DNA of 64,000 bases from a bacterium (GTDB lineage Bacteria; SAR324; NAC60-12), in assembly GCA_965205865.1 (NCBI GenBank), contig CBDBHR010000029.1, positions 768,001-832,000 on the forward strand, read 5' to 3'. Under the pieces are notes generated by a model, which had not been told where the DNA came from, made no database searches, and saw only the letters and a program-made list of their open reading frames with translations. Shown piece after piece: positions 1 to 10,562 of the stretch; position 1 is the first letter of the stretch; each line of letters starts with the position of its first letter. The position numbers were made by a program, and so were the translations under genes.

Positions 1-769
1 GACCCTGTTCATGTTTGAAACCGCAAATCCCGATGACCGCCAATTGCTGGTTCCTGATGACTACAGCCAGGGCAGAATTTCAGTACGGGTACTCAATGCG
101 GGGTCGATGGAATATGTGGACTTTATGGATCAGGTGAAGCAGTTGCTTGAAAGGACCTTCTCCCCTCTGAAAAGCCGTTATCCAACCCTGAAAGTTGAAA
201 TCACGGGAAACCTGGGAATGATGATGAAGACGGTGGATTATATCAGCCGGTCTCAAATACAAAGCTTCAGCATTGCTTTGGGAGTGGTCAGCCTTCTTCT
301 CCTGGTAGTCTTCGGCTCCATCCGGGTGGGGTTGCTTGCCATGATTCCCAACGTCCTCCCTATCGTCGTCACTTTTGGCGTGATGGGCTTTTTCGACATC
401 AGTCTGGACGTGGATACGCTGATTATCACCCCCCTCATCATTGGAATATCCGTGGACGACACGATTCATTTCCTCACCCATTATCGTGCCGAAGTCCTGC
501 AGCATGCCGATATCAGAGCGGCAATACGTAGAGCCATTAAAGAAGCAGGACAGGCCATATCTTTCACTTCTCTGGTGCTCATCACGGGATTCCTTTTCTT
601 GATAATTTCCTCTCACCAGGGATTGGCTAATTTCGGAATCCTCAGCGCAGTGGCCATTGGCACCGCCTTGATTGCCGATTTGATTCTATTGCCCGCATTT
701 TGCCAGATCGGCAACCTCACCTTCGGACAAGCAAGCTTGACACCGCAAACTTCCACCACGACTCGTTGA
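1..769 (+). CDS. MMPL/RND-superfamily transporter, C-terminal part (5' end outside window)
   Basis: Multiple TM helices; GISVDDTIHFL motif typical of the MMPL/SSD repeat. Confidence 0.85.
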   Translation, partial: TLFMFETANPDDRQLLVPDDYSQGRISVRVLNAGSMEYVDFMDQVKQLLERTFSPLKSRYPTLKVEITGNLGMMMKTVDYISRSQIQSFSIALGVVSLLLLVVFGSIRVGLLAMIPNVLPIVVTFGVMGFFDISLDVDTLIITPLIIGISVDDTIHFLTHYRAEVLQHADIRAAIRRAIKEAGQAISFTSLVLITGFLFLIISSHQGLANFGILSAVAIGTALIADLILLPAFCQIGNLTFGQASLTPQTSTTTR

Positions 770-870
770 TGGTGGATCCTATCGAGTTATGTTAAAATCA
801 CGTTGATTATTAGTCCGGAAAGGAAAATGCGAGTAAGTAGCCCCAAAAAAGTGCTAAGGAGCAACACAAA

Positions 871-1344
871 ATGAAGCAAAAACAAAGGCTGGCCCGGAGA
901 GTTCCAAATATGATCATCCTTGGTATTTCTATCGCTTGTATGGCAATCGTTGCTATGGCGCCACTGCCCGCCGCCAATGCAGAATCACCCGAACGCTGGT
1001 ATGAGCAGTCCCGAGTTGAATCCGGACAATCCGTTTATGAAAAAAACTGTTCCAACTGTCACGGTACTCGAGGTGAAGCAACCGTTAATTGGCGTCGTCC
1101 TGATTCAGACGGAAAGTTTCCACCACCACCGCTGAACGGCACCGCCCATACCTGGCACCATCCATTCAGAGTGCTGGTACAACAAATCAAATTCGGCCCA
1201 CCAGCAGGGGCCGGCACGATGCCGGCATTCAAAGATATCCTCAACGATGAAAAAATCATCAACGTCATCGCCTGGATTCAGAGTTTATGGTCTGATGAGA
1301 TATACGCGCAGTGGTGGAATATTCAGGTACGTTCCTCTCGTTAG
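871..1344 (+). CDS. Periplasmic monoheme cytochrome c
   Basis: Signal peptide, CSNCH heme motif, PPLNGTAHTWHH and MPAF distal Met; AAGGAG RBS. Confidence 0.9.
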   Translation: MKQKQRLARRVPNMIILGISIACMAIVAMAPLPAANAESPERWYEQSRVESGQSVYEKNCSNCHGTRGEATVNWRRPDSDGKFPPPPLNGTAHTWHHPFRVLVQQIKFGPPAGAGTMPAFKDILNDEKIINVIAWIQSLWSDEIYAQWWNIQVRSSR

Positions 1345-1439
1345 CCCGACAATGGTCATGCTGCCATTCTTTTTTTCAGGCCTTTGATATTGAGAAGGAA
1401 ATAACTACCTATGGGACCCTGCGAGTTCGCAAGACTGCT

Positions 1440-3860
1440 TCAATTTATTTCTCTTAAGAGATCCAGGGGAAGTAGGGGGGATGGATCGCGGCAGGTCATG
1501 ACCCAAAGTTGGTACGCTGCCCGGGTCACTCCCACGTAAAGCAGATGTCTTGCTTTGGCATCATCCGGAAACGTTTGCTCATCGACGTCGATGAGGACGA
1601 CGTAATCGAATTCGAGGCCTTTCACTTGAAAAATATCGCTGATTTCGATTCCGGGCGCAAAAGAAAAATCCTGGTCCCTCACCCGGCGCAGTTGCGGCAC
1701 ATCCGCTTTCAGCAGTCCTTCATAAATCAAATCCGCTTGAGACCCAAAGCGGGTCAGGATGGCAACGTTGGCAGTTGGTTCCTTGAGCACCGCTTCAATC
1801 AATGAGGTGGCCAGGTAGGTGACGAGATGTCCGTGGTTTTGGAATCGAAACAACTCAACCGGTCCTCCGTGTCGCACCGCGTTCCATTCTTGATTGACGC
1901 TCATGGGACCAATGATGGCTTTGGCCACTTCGATGATTTCATGCGAAGAACGATAACCAATTTTGAGGGAGGCGGTAGCGGTATCTGCCAGACCAAGGTG
2001 CTTGAGCGCTTCAGACCAACTGTTCAATTGGGAACCGACCATGATTTGTTGATCGAAATCCCCTGCGAAAGTGACACTCTGTCGATCGTCCGGGGTCGTA
2101 TTCAAAAGCAGTTGCAACTCCACCGGGCTGAAATCCTGGGCTTCATCCACCAGAATATGGGGATAGCGGATCTGCTTGTTTTTCCTACCACGAAACGGCC
2201 CGAGGGTCATTTGATATAAAAGCAGCAGTAAGGTGTCATCTTCCTCATCCAGCAACTGGGGAGCAGGGGCGGTACTTTCCAGAATAGTCCCTGCTTCCGT
2301 ATCGCTGAGTTGCCGCATTCGTTCCAATTCCCTTTCGCTCCCGTGACGCTGCTCGTATTTGCGAACTGCCCAATCTCTTACCTCCTCCAACTGCCGCCGG
2401 GTGAAGGTATGGGGCGCCAGCTCGGCAAAGAGGACAGAGAGCGCATCTATTCGAAGGAAGGCTTCCTCCCAAATCGTCACTGCCAGACTTGTTGGATGCT
2501 CCGGTAGTTCGGAAAACGACTCCTCGATGAGATGCTGGATACGAGTTTGCACGATGAAATGGTCGCATACCGGAATTCGTGAAATTTTTTCCAGACCTCG
2601 ACTCCAGTTATCGAACAGGAGAATACGACGAGCCAAGGGCCGGTTCGACAAAGCATGCCACGCCTGCAGGGCAATTTCCTTTTCAGGAATATGCGGTAAA
2701 ACCAGGTGCAGTTGCCTGAGAAAATCGCTTTCCTGCTCCTGCACTTTGTTTTTCAACCATTGCAGCATGACCGGATGGCGTTTGACTTCGACCACGGAAA
2801 CCGGGGTTTGCTCCGTGTAACGATTGGGAAGCTGCGGGAAATAACGACGACGGAAATAAGAGGTCCAATTCGGATAAACCCAGGATTGGGCTTTTTCGAT
2901 TCCCAAAGCAGGCAGGACTTTGGAAATGTAGTTGGCCATCGCTTTATTGAAAACGACGGTCATCATCCGGGAGGGTACGAAATGATTGGGTTTCAAGGCG
3001 ACCAAATATGCCAAGCGGTGTAAGGCGACGGTTGTTTTTCCGGAACCTGCGCCCCCTTCGATCACCACTATTCCTGATTCCGGTCTCGTGATGACTTCAA
3101 ATTGTTCCGGATCGATGAGAGCCGTGATTTCCTGGAGATACTTGTCTCTGCTGCGGGCACGTCTCTCCAATCCGCTGTTGAAACTTGCCCCTCCAATAGT
3201 CGCGGGACGGGTTGCTGTTCCGCTACCACCCCGTAGATGGGAGACAATTCGTTCCACGTGTTGCCATCCCTCGGAAGTTTGGATTAAATTGTGAACTCCG
3301 GTATCAATGCGCAGCAACTTTCCTTCATCGATGGTGATCGTCCGCCGCACCAGAAGGATGCCTTCCATGTTCCGGTTTCCGAAGTCTTCATAAAAATCTT
3401 CCCCTTCCTGGTAGCGATAATATATTTGGCTGATGGGAGCGTGTTTCCAGTCAATGATCGGATAAATCAAATCCTCGGAGTTGTAATGGTTATTGCCGAT
3501 CAGGATATCCCGCTTGCGATTTCCCTCTTGCAGTCGAATATGCGCAAAATAAGGATTGAGCCGGTTGGCAGGCAATTCCATGATGATTTGTTGCTGTTGC
3601 TGCGCTAACAGGACAAGCCGTTCCATATGCGCGAGGATTGCGGGGAGATCTTCCGTGCGCGCGTCGGAAATAGAATCACGCAGCTCGATGATATCGTCGT
3701 GATAGCTCCTCTGCTCTTCAGGCAGGGCTTGCAAAGTCAGGGCGCTCTGAACCCTGGCCAACAGGAAAATTTCTTCCTCGACAATGGCTGATTGATCTTC
3801 AGTCAATCCACGTGTTTCTTGATTCATACGCCATTTCTCTTGGAGAATGAAGGTTCTCAC
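1440..3860 (-). CDS. HelD-like SF1 (UvrD-family) helicase/ATPase (start may be 3827)
   Basis: N-terminal PYFAHI and IIDWKHAPIS; GGAGSGKTTVALHRLAYL Walker A; DEAQDFS; GDFDQQI; KGLEFD; LYVGVTRA. Confidence 0.8.
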   Translation of the reverse strand: MRTFILQEKWRMNQETRGLTEDQSAIVEEEIFLLARVQSALTLQALPEEQRSYHDDIIELRDSISDARTEDLPAILAHMERLVLLAQQQQQIIMELPANRLNPYFAHIRLQEGNRKRDILIGNNHYNSEDLIYPIIDWKHAPISQIYYRYQEGEDFYEDFGNRNMEGILLVRRTITIDEGKLLRIDTGVHNLIQTSEGWQHVERIVSHLRGGSGTATRPATIGGASFNSGLERRARSRDKYLQEITALIDPEQFEVITRPESGIVVIEGGAGSGKTTVALHRLAYLVALKPNHFVPSRMMTVVFNKAMANYISKVLPALGIEKAQSWVYPNWTSYFRRRYFPQLPNRYTEQTPVSVVEVKRHPVMLQWLKNKVQEQESDFLRQLHLVLPHIPEKEIALQAWHALSNRPLARRILLFDNWSRGLEKISRIPVCDHFIVQTRIQHLIEESFSELPEHPTSLAVTIWEEAFLRIDALSVLFAELAPHTFTRRQLEEVRDWAVRKYEQRHGSERELERMRQLSDTEAGTILESTAPAPQLLDEEDDTLLLLLYQMTLGPFRGRKNKQIRYPHILVDEAQDFSPVELQLLLNTTPDDRQSVTFAGDFDQQIMVGSQLNSWSEALKHLGLADTATASLKIGYRSSHEIIEVAKAIIGPMSVNQEWNAVRHGGPVELFRFQNHGHLVTYLATSLIEAVLKEPTANVAILTRFGSQADLIYEGLLKADVPQLRRVRDQDFSFAPGIEISDIFQVKGLEFDYVVLIDVDEQTFPDDAKARHLLYVGVTRAAYQLWVMTCRDPSPLLPLDLLREIN

Positions 3861-4073
3861 TGTTCTGAAAAATGATACCTCTCTAAAATAACAAAGTAAT
3901 GATTATATCCTGTTCTTCAAGAGGATTCAATTTTTTGCTGGCAATGGCACGCAGAAACGCTTCGTCGAACAGCTCGTTCAACAGACTCGTTGAGAAAATT
4001 TGATACGAAACAGGCCGGTATCCCGGGTAGAATAACGCATGTCAGGAGGAAAGAAAAATAAGGAATGAGGACT

Positions 4074-5069
4074 CTAAAACGAAAAATGATCCGGGCTGAA
4101 GGCCTCGAAGGTGGCATCCGTGTCCTCGGGTGAAATACAAGAGACGATATGGGTATGGATGCCTGATTCCGCATAAGCCCTGATACGGTCTTGACACTCC
4201 TCCCTGGAACCGATTATTGCAATTTGATCCACGATTTCATCGGAGAGCGCCCCGGTAGTTTTGGCACGGTTTTTCTCAGCCCAACCTTGTCGAATGGTCG
4301 CCGCCGCTTCGGGATAACCTGCCCAATCCAAAAATTTGTTGTAGACGGGAGTGGCGTAATAGGGGGCGAAACTCACGCGGAAGAGATCCCTTACCCGAGC
4401 TTTGTCATTGGTGACGACGATTTGATGACGACAGACGACTTCCCGCTCCTCTTTTCTTTTTCCGGCCCTTTGCGCGCCCACGGCAATGTGTGTCATCATT
4501 CGAGGGAGGGCTTTCATGGGAAAGAGGTTGAGAATCACGCCGTCTCCGGTCTCGGCCGCCATTTCCAGCATTTTTGGGCGCAATCCCGCCAGATAAATCG
4601 GTTGGGCTTGCGCAGCCAGTGGCAATTGAAGATATCCCCTGCTGCGTACTGTTTCTCCTTGAAAATCCGATTTTTCCCCGCTCAGCATTTTGCGCACCAA
4701 AATGGCCGTCTCTTTGACACGGGTCAGCGGCTTTTTGAATTCCAGTCCGTTCCATCCTTCCATCATGGTATGACTGGAAGCTCCCAATCCCAGGATAAAC
4801 CGACCGTTGGAAATTTGATGCAAGACATGCGTCGTGGAAGCCAGTACGGCGGGTGTGCGCGTGTATACCGGAATAATGGCGGTGCCGATGCGTACGCGGT
4901 TTGTCCTTTCGGCCACGGCAACGGAGGTTGTCAATGAATCGATGCCCGAACTGTCTGCAAACCAAAGATCGTCGAATCCTCGTTCTTCTGCCCAGACGGC
5001 TCTGGATAAAGTCGCTTCCACCCCCCGGGGTATGGGAAGGGTCACTGCCGTTCTCAGTGGGATAGTCAT
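4074..5069 (-). CDS. LLM-class flavin/F420-dependent oxidoreductase
   Basis: AEERGFDDLWFAD, RIGTAIIPVYTRTP, GRFILGLG motifs. Confidence 0.88.
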   Translation of the reverse strand: MTIPLRTAVTLPIPRGVEATLSRAVWAEERGFDDLWFADSSGIDSLTTSVAVAERTNRVRIGTAIIPVYTRTPAVLASTTHVLHQISNGRFILGLGASSHTMMEGWNGLEFKKPLTRVKETAILVRKMLSGEKSDFQGETVRSRGYLQLPLAAQAQPIYLAGLRPKMLEMAAETGDGVILNLFPMKALPRMMTHIAVGAQRAGKRKEEREVVCRHQIVVTNDKARVRDLFRVSFAPYYATPVYNKFLDWAGYPEAAATIRQGWAEKNRAKTTGALSDEIVDQIAIIGSREECQDRIRAYAESGIHTHIVSCISPEDTDATFEAFSPDHFSF

Positions 5070-5230
5070 TTGTTTCCCTGTTCTCTGCATGAAATTGGCG
5101 CGAATCGGGACAAGTCTTCACTGCCCGAAAAACCGTAGCTCATTCTATTTGAAAAAGTATGGAAAAGTTCCCGGATACTATAACAAATAACTGCAGAAAG
5201 AAAAAGAACAAAACAAGGGGCCGCCATCAT

Positions 5231-6526
5231 TCAATGGATCAATCTGCCTCGCATGGTCTCCTGGTAGGTTTCCGTGAAAAATACGGGGAGGATCCGGTTT
5301 TGCAATTCCGCGGGAGAGGGAGGGGAAATCACCACTTTGATATAATTGTCGGTATAACCTGAAATTTCTCCCAAGTCGTTGGGTGTTTCAAAGAGGACGG
5401 GACGGGTGGCGCCTATGAAGGATTCGTGAAAGGCCGTCCTTTTCTGCAGGCTCAGTTCGCGCAACACCGCCCCTCGCCTTTTTTTCACATCCGGCTGTAT
5501 TTTGCATTGCAAGCGCAGCGCAGGCGTTCCTTTTCTTTCGGAGAAGGGAAAAACATGAAAATATGCCAGCGGGAGCGAGGCCAGCAATTGAAATGTCTGT
5601 TCAAAATCATCATCGCTTTCCCCGGGAAATCCGACCATCACGTCCGTTCCCAGACACAGTTCGGGTACGCGCGCAATGGCCTCGAGAACTTCCTCTCGAT
5701 AGGATTCCCGGCAATAGCGGCGTTTCATCTGGCCAAGGATGGTATCGGAACCGGATTGAAGCGGTAAATGTAGAAAAGGAACCAATTTGTGAGCGGGATC
5801 CGCCATCCGCTCCAAAATTGCGCCGGGAACCGTTGTGGGTTCAATGGAGCTGATACGGATGCGCGCCAGTTTCGGTTGTTGCTGCAAGGCGTCGATCACT
5901 TCCAGCAAGCCGTGGGGAAAATCCTCGTATGTGCCTATGTTGACCCCGGTGAGCACAATTTCCCTGGTGCCGGCCTCGATAAAAGCCTGCGCATCCTCGA
6001 GCAGGTTTTCAAATCGGCGGCTGCGACCACGACCTCTCGAAAAAGGGATGATGCAGAACGAGCACATGAAATCACAGCCATCTTGTATTTTCAGGTAAGA
6101 ACGGGTGCTAAGACCATGGTGCGGAAAGACGGGCTCCCTGAAGGTGCCACGCGGAATTTTGGGATTGATCACCAGCGGCCTTTGCGAGTGCCTGGCCTCC
6201 TCGACGTAGTGGGCAAGATCGAGTTTTCTGGCATTGCCAACCACCAGTTTGACCCCTTCCATTCGTTGAAGCGCTTCTGCGGCCACTTGGGAGTAGCAGC
6301 CCACGACGGCAATGCAAACTCCCGGATTTTTGCGATAGGCGGCACGAATAGCCTGGCGATTTTTAGCATCGCCGTGTTCGGTAACCGTGCAGGTGTTGAT
6401 CACGCACACGTCGGCCGGTTCCGTGAAAGGGACGATCTGATAGCGCTGTTGCCGGAAACTATTGGCAAGCGTTGAGCTTTCCGCCTGATTCAAACGACAA
6501 CCCAAGGTATGAAAAGAAACTCTCAA
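5231..6526 (-). CDS. mtaB: tRNA t6A37 methylthiotransferase MtaB
   Basis: HTLGCRLNQAES, INTCTVT, radical-SAM motif QDGCDFMCSFC, GYTDNYIKV; TTG start at 6526 after AGGAG. Confidence 0.92.
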   Translation of the reverse strand: MRVSFHTLGCRLNQAESSTLANSFRQQRYQIVPFTEPADVCVINTCTVTEHGDAKNRQAIRAAYRKNPGVCIAVVGCYSQVAAEALQRMEGVKLVVGNARKLDLAHYVEEARHSQRPLVINPKIPRGTFREPVFPHHGLSTRSYLKIQDGCDFMCSFCIIPFSRGRGRSRRFENLLEDAQAFIEAGTREIVLTGVNIGTYEDFPHGLLEVIDALQQQPKLARIRISSIEPTTVPGAILERMADPAHKLVPFLHLPLQSGSDTILGQMKRRYCRESYREEVLEAIARVPELCLGTDVMVGFPGESDDDFEQTFQLLASLPLAYFHVFPFSERKGTPALRLQCKIQPDVKKRRGAVLRELSLQKRTAFHESFIGATRPVLFETPNDLGEISGYTDNYIKVVISPPSPAELQNRILPVFFTETYQETMRGRLIH

Positions 6527-6534
6527 GACAACTC

Positions 6535-7716
6535 CTAATCGCTTGCGGTTCCGGGTTTGATGAATATTAAACGGTTTCCTGACAATTCTCGAGAATTCAT
6601 TGGAATATTTTTTTGCTGCAACTGCCATTGGATTTTGCGGCGCAGCCGGCTTTTACTCTCTGAAGAAATCATTTCGATCTCGAGATGATTGGGAGTATTC
6701 TTCAACTCGGAAAGGTCTTTGAACGCAGCTACGCTTTCCAGATAATCCAAAATTTTGTCGACTTCGTCCGGATTGTAGTTGCGAAATTCGGTCAAGTAGA
6801 GAAACCCTTGATCCCCGCTGGATTGGTAATAATTCCTGATCTCGTCGAGAGCTTCTTTCGCCGCATTTCGAACTGCAGTTGCTCCAATTTCTTCCAAAAT
6901 TCGATGCTCGTCAAGCCCTTGACGACCCGTGCTGAGTATTGTTCCACTTCCAAGAACCTCTGCGATCAGACGACCGCTACTGACGTCATAGACGCTCAAG
7001 TGAACGTCCGCTTGTATCGTCTTGAATGATCCGCCCTCCACGCCTTGTTGGCTTGACACCATTTCGATAGCAACCAGGATCTCGGCTCGTTGATCCAAAG
7101 CCAGGAAAATCAAACTTTCCGTAGGGCGATTGATCACGCCTGCCCCCTCGATGACCTGATAGACCCGATTCATTTCGCTCTCATCCAGGAGTTGAAAACC
7201 AGCCTGGCGAAATATACCATTTAAAATGCCGAGCTGCGCGGGAATCGTTTGGAATTGACGGCTCAAGGCAAGGGGGTCCTGTTTGCGGTAGATCACCATC
7301 ATCCGTTTGCTGCCTGTTTTGTTGCGCAATATACGGAGGGCCGTCAATTTGTCGCGGATTTTTTTTCCGGCAATCCAGGCGCGGATTTCGACCTGATAAG
7401 CTCCATTGTCTTCAGTGGGTCCCTCTTCCAGAATCTGATAGCGCGTTACTAAGCTGCGGCTCGAACTGAAAATCTCATCTTTGATGATTTGAAAATTTTG
7501 CGAAAGGGTTTCTGAATCAATCAAATCACCCACTGTTTGTTCCACCGCCTGCCTCAGAGCATTTTGCAGTGCCTGACTCTTGGCGTTGCTGGTATTGTCG
7601 TTGAAAATCTCAGCAGCCCCCGTGGCAATCACTTCATTCGCGCGCAGTGGAATTGCCCAGACCGCAATACAAATGAGACAAAGCAATATTCGCTTGCGCA
7701 AAATTTCTCTTTGCAT
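6535..7716 (-). CDS. Secreted protein with FlgT-N-like domain
   Basis: Signal peptide; AKSQALQNALRQAVEQTVG...DEI pattern of FlgT N-terminal/LPP20-like domains. Confidence 0.6.
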   Translation of the reverse strand: MQREILRKRILLCLICIAVWAIPLRANEVIATGAAEIFNDNTSNAKSQALQNALRQAVEQTVGDLIDSETLSQNFQIIKDEIFSSSRSLVTRYQILEEGPTEDNGAYQVEIRAWIAGKKIRDKLTALRILRNKTGSKRMMVIYRKQDPLALSRQFQTIPAQLGILNGIFRQAGFQLLDESEMNRVYQVIEGAGVINRPTESLIFLALDQRAEILVAIEMVSSQQGVEGGSFKTIQADVHLSVYDVSSGRLIAEVLGSGTILSTGRQGLDEHRILEEIGATAVRNAAKEALDEIRNYYQSSGDQGFLYLTEFRNYNPDEVDKILDYLESVAAFKDLSELKNTPNHLEIEMISSESKSRLRRKIQWQLQQKNIPMNSRELSGNRLIFIKPGTASD

Positions 7717-7740
7717 GCTTGGTGGATCACTCTCTAACGC

Positions 7741-8154
7741 TCAATCGGTGACGTCATTTTGCGAATTGTTCAGCGTTTTCGCTTGATCGATGGTCCAGGT
7801 GTCTTCCGTGGCATCGTCATCAATGTTTCCTGTGGCAGTGGCGGTAAAGCCATTCTCATCTGCCTGGATCGCATAAGCGTACATTGCATCCGCTCCTTCC
7901 GCAATTTCCACTCCCAACTGATTGAGGGCAGTGGCATATGCGCGGTTCGAGGCATGGTAGATCTTTTGTGCCGTGTAAATGGCCATCAGATTGGTTTTGG
8001 CTTCTGTCTGACGGGAAGAAACCAGGTATTGTTGCAGACGGGGATAGGCCAGGGTGACCAATATGCCGATAATAGCCACCACAATCATCACCTCCAGCAA
8101 GCTGAACCCGGTGGCCGGTAAAGGCGCCGGGATGGGAAATGAGTTTTTTTTCAT
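7741..8154 (-). CDS. Type IV pilin (PilA/PilE-like)
   Basis: G|FSLLEVMIVVAIIGIL prepilin cleavage/methylation motif with E5. Confidence 0.92.
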   Translation of the reverse strand: MKKNSFPIPAPLPATGFSLLEVMIVVAIIGILVTLAYPRLQQYLVSSRQTEAKTNLMAIYTAQKIYHASNRAYATALNQLGVEIAEGADAMYAYAIQADENGFTATATGNIDDDATEDTWTIDQAKTLNNSQNDVTD

Positions 8155-8164
8155 CTTTTTACCA

Positions 8165-9640
8165 TCAATAAGAAATTCCGGTCACGGAAAGCTGCGTGAG
8201 TTGCAAGAAATCATTTGGAAATATTCCCAAATAAATGATTCCAATCGCGGTCCCTACCAGCCCGGTAAGCGCCAACAAAGAGGATACGGATGACGCCGGC
8301 TGGCTGGCTTCCGGAGCCGTTGACACCGGTTTCATGTACATATGGACAATCACGCGCAGGTAATAAAAAAGTGAAATTACGCTGTTGAGAGCGGCAATTA
8401 CAGTCAACCATACCCATCCGGCATCAAGGGCAGCATAAAAAATTTGAAATTTTCCCATGAAACCTGCCGTCAGTGGAAGTCCCAACAGGGAGAGCATAAA
8501 AGTACTCATCAATACGGCCAGAACCCGCTCCATAGGACCTGCATAGGCATAGCCGGCCAAATCGTCGTATGTGTCGAGCGTCCTACCCCTCGAACGCACT
8601 GCCAACACGCCGAAGGCTCCTATTCCCATCAAGGCATAGGCCAATGAATAAAAAATGATACTGCTGATGGCCGCTTCGGAGCCAACGACCACAGCGACCA
8701 TCACATAACCCGCGTGGGCAATGGAAGAGTATGCCAGCATCCGTTTGACGCTGTTTTGCCGCAAAGCCATCAGGTTGCCGACGGTCATCGTCAAAATAGC
8801 AATCAGCCACATCAAGTTATCCCAACGTTCCACATGAGGCATGCCGGTGAGGAAAATGCGGATCAATAGGGCGAATCCCGCTGCTTTGACGGCGGCAGAC
8901 ATGAAAGCCGTCACGGGTGTGGGAGCCCCGGAATATACGTCGGGAGTCCACATGTGAAATGGCACCAGCGCCACTTTGAAGCCTACCCCGATGATCAGCA
9001 GCGCCAATCCAAATACGGCCAGTGGATTGTCCAGGGCGCCGGGTTGCTGAAGTTGAAAAATGATTGTTGGCAACTGCGTACTGCCGGTTGCTCCATAAAT
9101 CAGGGAAATGCCGTAGAGTAAAAACCCCGTGGAAAACGCGCCCAGCAAAAGATATTTCAATGCCGCTTCGTTCGCAGTGGCCATGCGACGCATCATGCCT
9201 ACCAGAATGTAACTGGAAATCGACATGATTTCCAAACCAATGAAAACCACCAACAATTCAGTACTGGAGGTCATCAGCATCATGCCGACGACCGCAAAAA
9301 GTATCAGGACATAATATTCACGGAAGTTCATATTGTTTTCTGCAATATAATGCCAGGAAATCATCACTATCAGTATGCCGGTGATCATATAAATGATTTC
9401 AAAGAGAATGGAATACTGGTCCGCAACCACAGTGTCGAAAAAACCAACGTAATTTCTGCCAAATAATTGTATCTCCACCACGATGGCGATGCAAAACCCT
9501 CCAATGGTCAGTAAAGGAGAGGTCATATTATATTTTACGTCCGTACCAACCAAGTCGACCATCATCACCATAAGAGCCGTGAAGATCAAAATCAATTCAG
9601 GGATAATGGGAGTAAAGTCACTCATGCTCATGAAATTCAT
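8165..9640 (-). CDS. nuoN: NADH-quinone oxidoreductase subunit N
   Basis: Highly hydrophobic; EAALKYLLLG, FKVALVPFHMWTPDVYSGAPTP, KRMLAYSSIAHAGY; AAGGAG RBS before 9640. Confidence 0.93.
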   Translation of the reverse strand: MNFMSMSDFTPIIPELILIFTALMVMMVDLVGTDVKYNMTSPLLTIGGFCIAIVVEIQLFGRNYVGFFDTVVADQYSILFEIIYMITGILIVMISWHYIAENNMNFREYYVLILFAVVGMMLMTSSTELLVVFIGLEIMSISSYILVGMMRRMATANEAALKYLLLGAFSTGFLLYGISLIYGATGSTQLPTIIFQLQQPGALDNPLAVFGLALLIIGVGFKVALVPFHMWTPDVYSGAPTPVTAFMSAAVKAAGFALLIRIFLTGMPHVERWDNLMWLIAILTMTVGNLMALRQNSVKRMLAYSSIAHAGYVMVAVVVGSEAAISSIIFYSLAYALMGIGAFGVLAVRSRGRTLDTYDDLAGYAYAGPMERVLAVLMSTFMLSLLGLPLTAGFMGKFQIFYAALDAGWVWLTVIAALNSVISLFYYLRVIVHMYMKPVSTAPEASQPASSVSSLLALTGLVGTAIGIIYLGIFPNDFLQLTQLSVTGISY

Positions 9641-9919
9641 GGAAGGCTCCTTGAAGAGTCGCGGGTCAATAAGTTGAAAACCGTTTTCCAATGCAGGGGA
9701 AAAAATCTCCCGGGTGCGCTATCGTAAAAACTATCTTACTCCGATAGTCATACCAAATCTTTAATCAGGAATGCGGAAAAAAACAAGTCCAATCAAAAAA
9801 GAAAGCATTTATTTTCAGAAATGAATCCCTCTTCCCCTCAAGCCGTCATTCCGCTCGCACCTCCGGCATTCGAATCAGGAAAAACAACTTCAAATGAGGC
9901 CGCAACAGCGGCATTACCT

Positions 9920-10270
9920 TCAGCGAGTCATCAAGTAAATCAAGTAAAAGAAACCGCTGGCAAGCAGGCCGGCTAAAAATCCCCAGAAAAAAATGAACCA
10001 ATCCGAACCGGAATTTTCTTGCGAGGCGGGTTCTTGCGCGGATGAAGATTCGCCCTCCAATTGTTGCAGGGTCGCCTCCGCCTTTTCTTGATCCCCAGGA
10101 TCGATCAATAGCCTCACGCCTTCCGAAAATTGCATCGAGGGATACGCGCCCCCGGCATCGTCTTTCAGAATGAGGGATTTGATTTCCAGATTTTCCAAAT
10201 GCATGGCAGCCATACGGGCGAACATCTCATTGGAAAAAGTCCGCAGGACAATCATTTTTTCTCGGTTCAT
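9920..10270 (-). CDS. DUF2007-like small protein with C-terminal TM helix
   Basis: LRTFSNEMFA...LENLEIKSLI..D...GVRLLI pattern; GGAGGAG RBS. Confidence 0.65.
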   Translation of the reverse strand: MNREKMIVLRTFSNEMFARMAAMHLENLEIKSLILKDDAGGAYPSMQFSEGVRLLIDPGDQEKAEATLQQLEGESSSAQEPASQENSGSDWFIFFWGFLAGLLASGFFYLIYLMTR

Positions 10271-10433
10271 GGCGCTCCTCCCTGCCAGAATCTCACAACA
10301 TGGCTCCCTTCCGCAACCATGATTGGCATATGCCAAAGGGAAAGGCAAGCCAAGAATAAGTAATGGAATTTTGTCTGAATGACAGATTCCCCTTGATATT
10401 TTATAGGATTACGGCAAATTAGAGGATTATCTA

Positions 10434-10510
10434 CGGAGCGTAGCGCAGTCTGGTAGCGCACACGTCTGGGGGGCGTGTGGTCGCAGGTTCAAATCCTGTC
10501 GCTCCGACCA
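10434..10510 (+). tRNA. tRNA-Pro(GGG)
   Basis: Cloverleaf CGGAGCG...CGCTCCG ACCA; anticodon stem CACGT/GCGTG with loop CTGGGGG; T-loop GGTTCAAATCC. Confidence 0.97.
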
Positions 10511-10562
10511 ACCTTATCGCAGAACAATGCCGACACCTGCCCGGCTTTCTTATAATGGCATC

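Noticed and set aside
7741..8154. Conductive e-pilin linked to NuoN
   Set aside because: Full-length pilin, no multiheme cytochromes nearby; adjacency alone is not evidence
10434..10510. tRNA-Pro as an island attachment site
   Set aside because: It is followed directly by aroG; no integrase or duplicated tRNA 3' end was noticed
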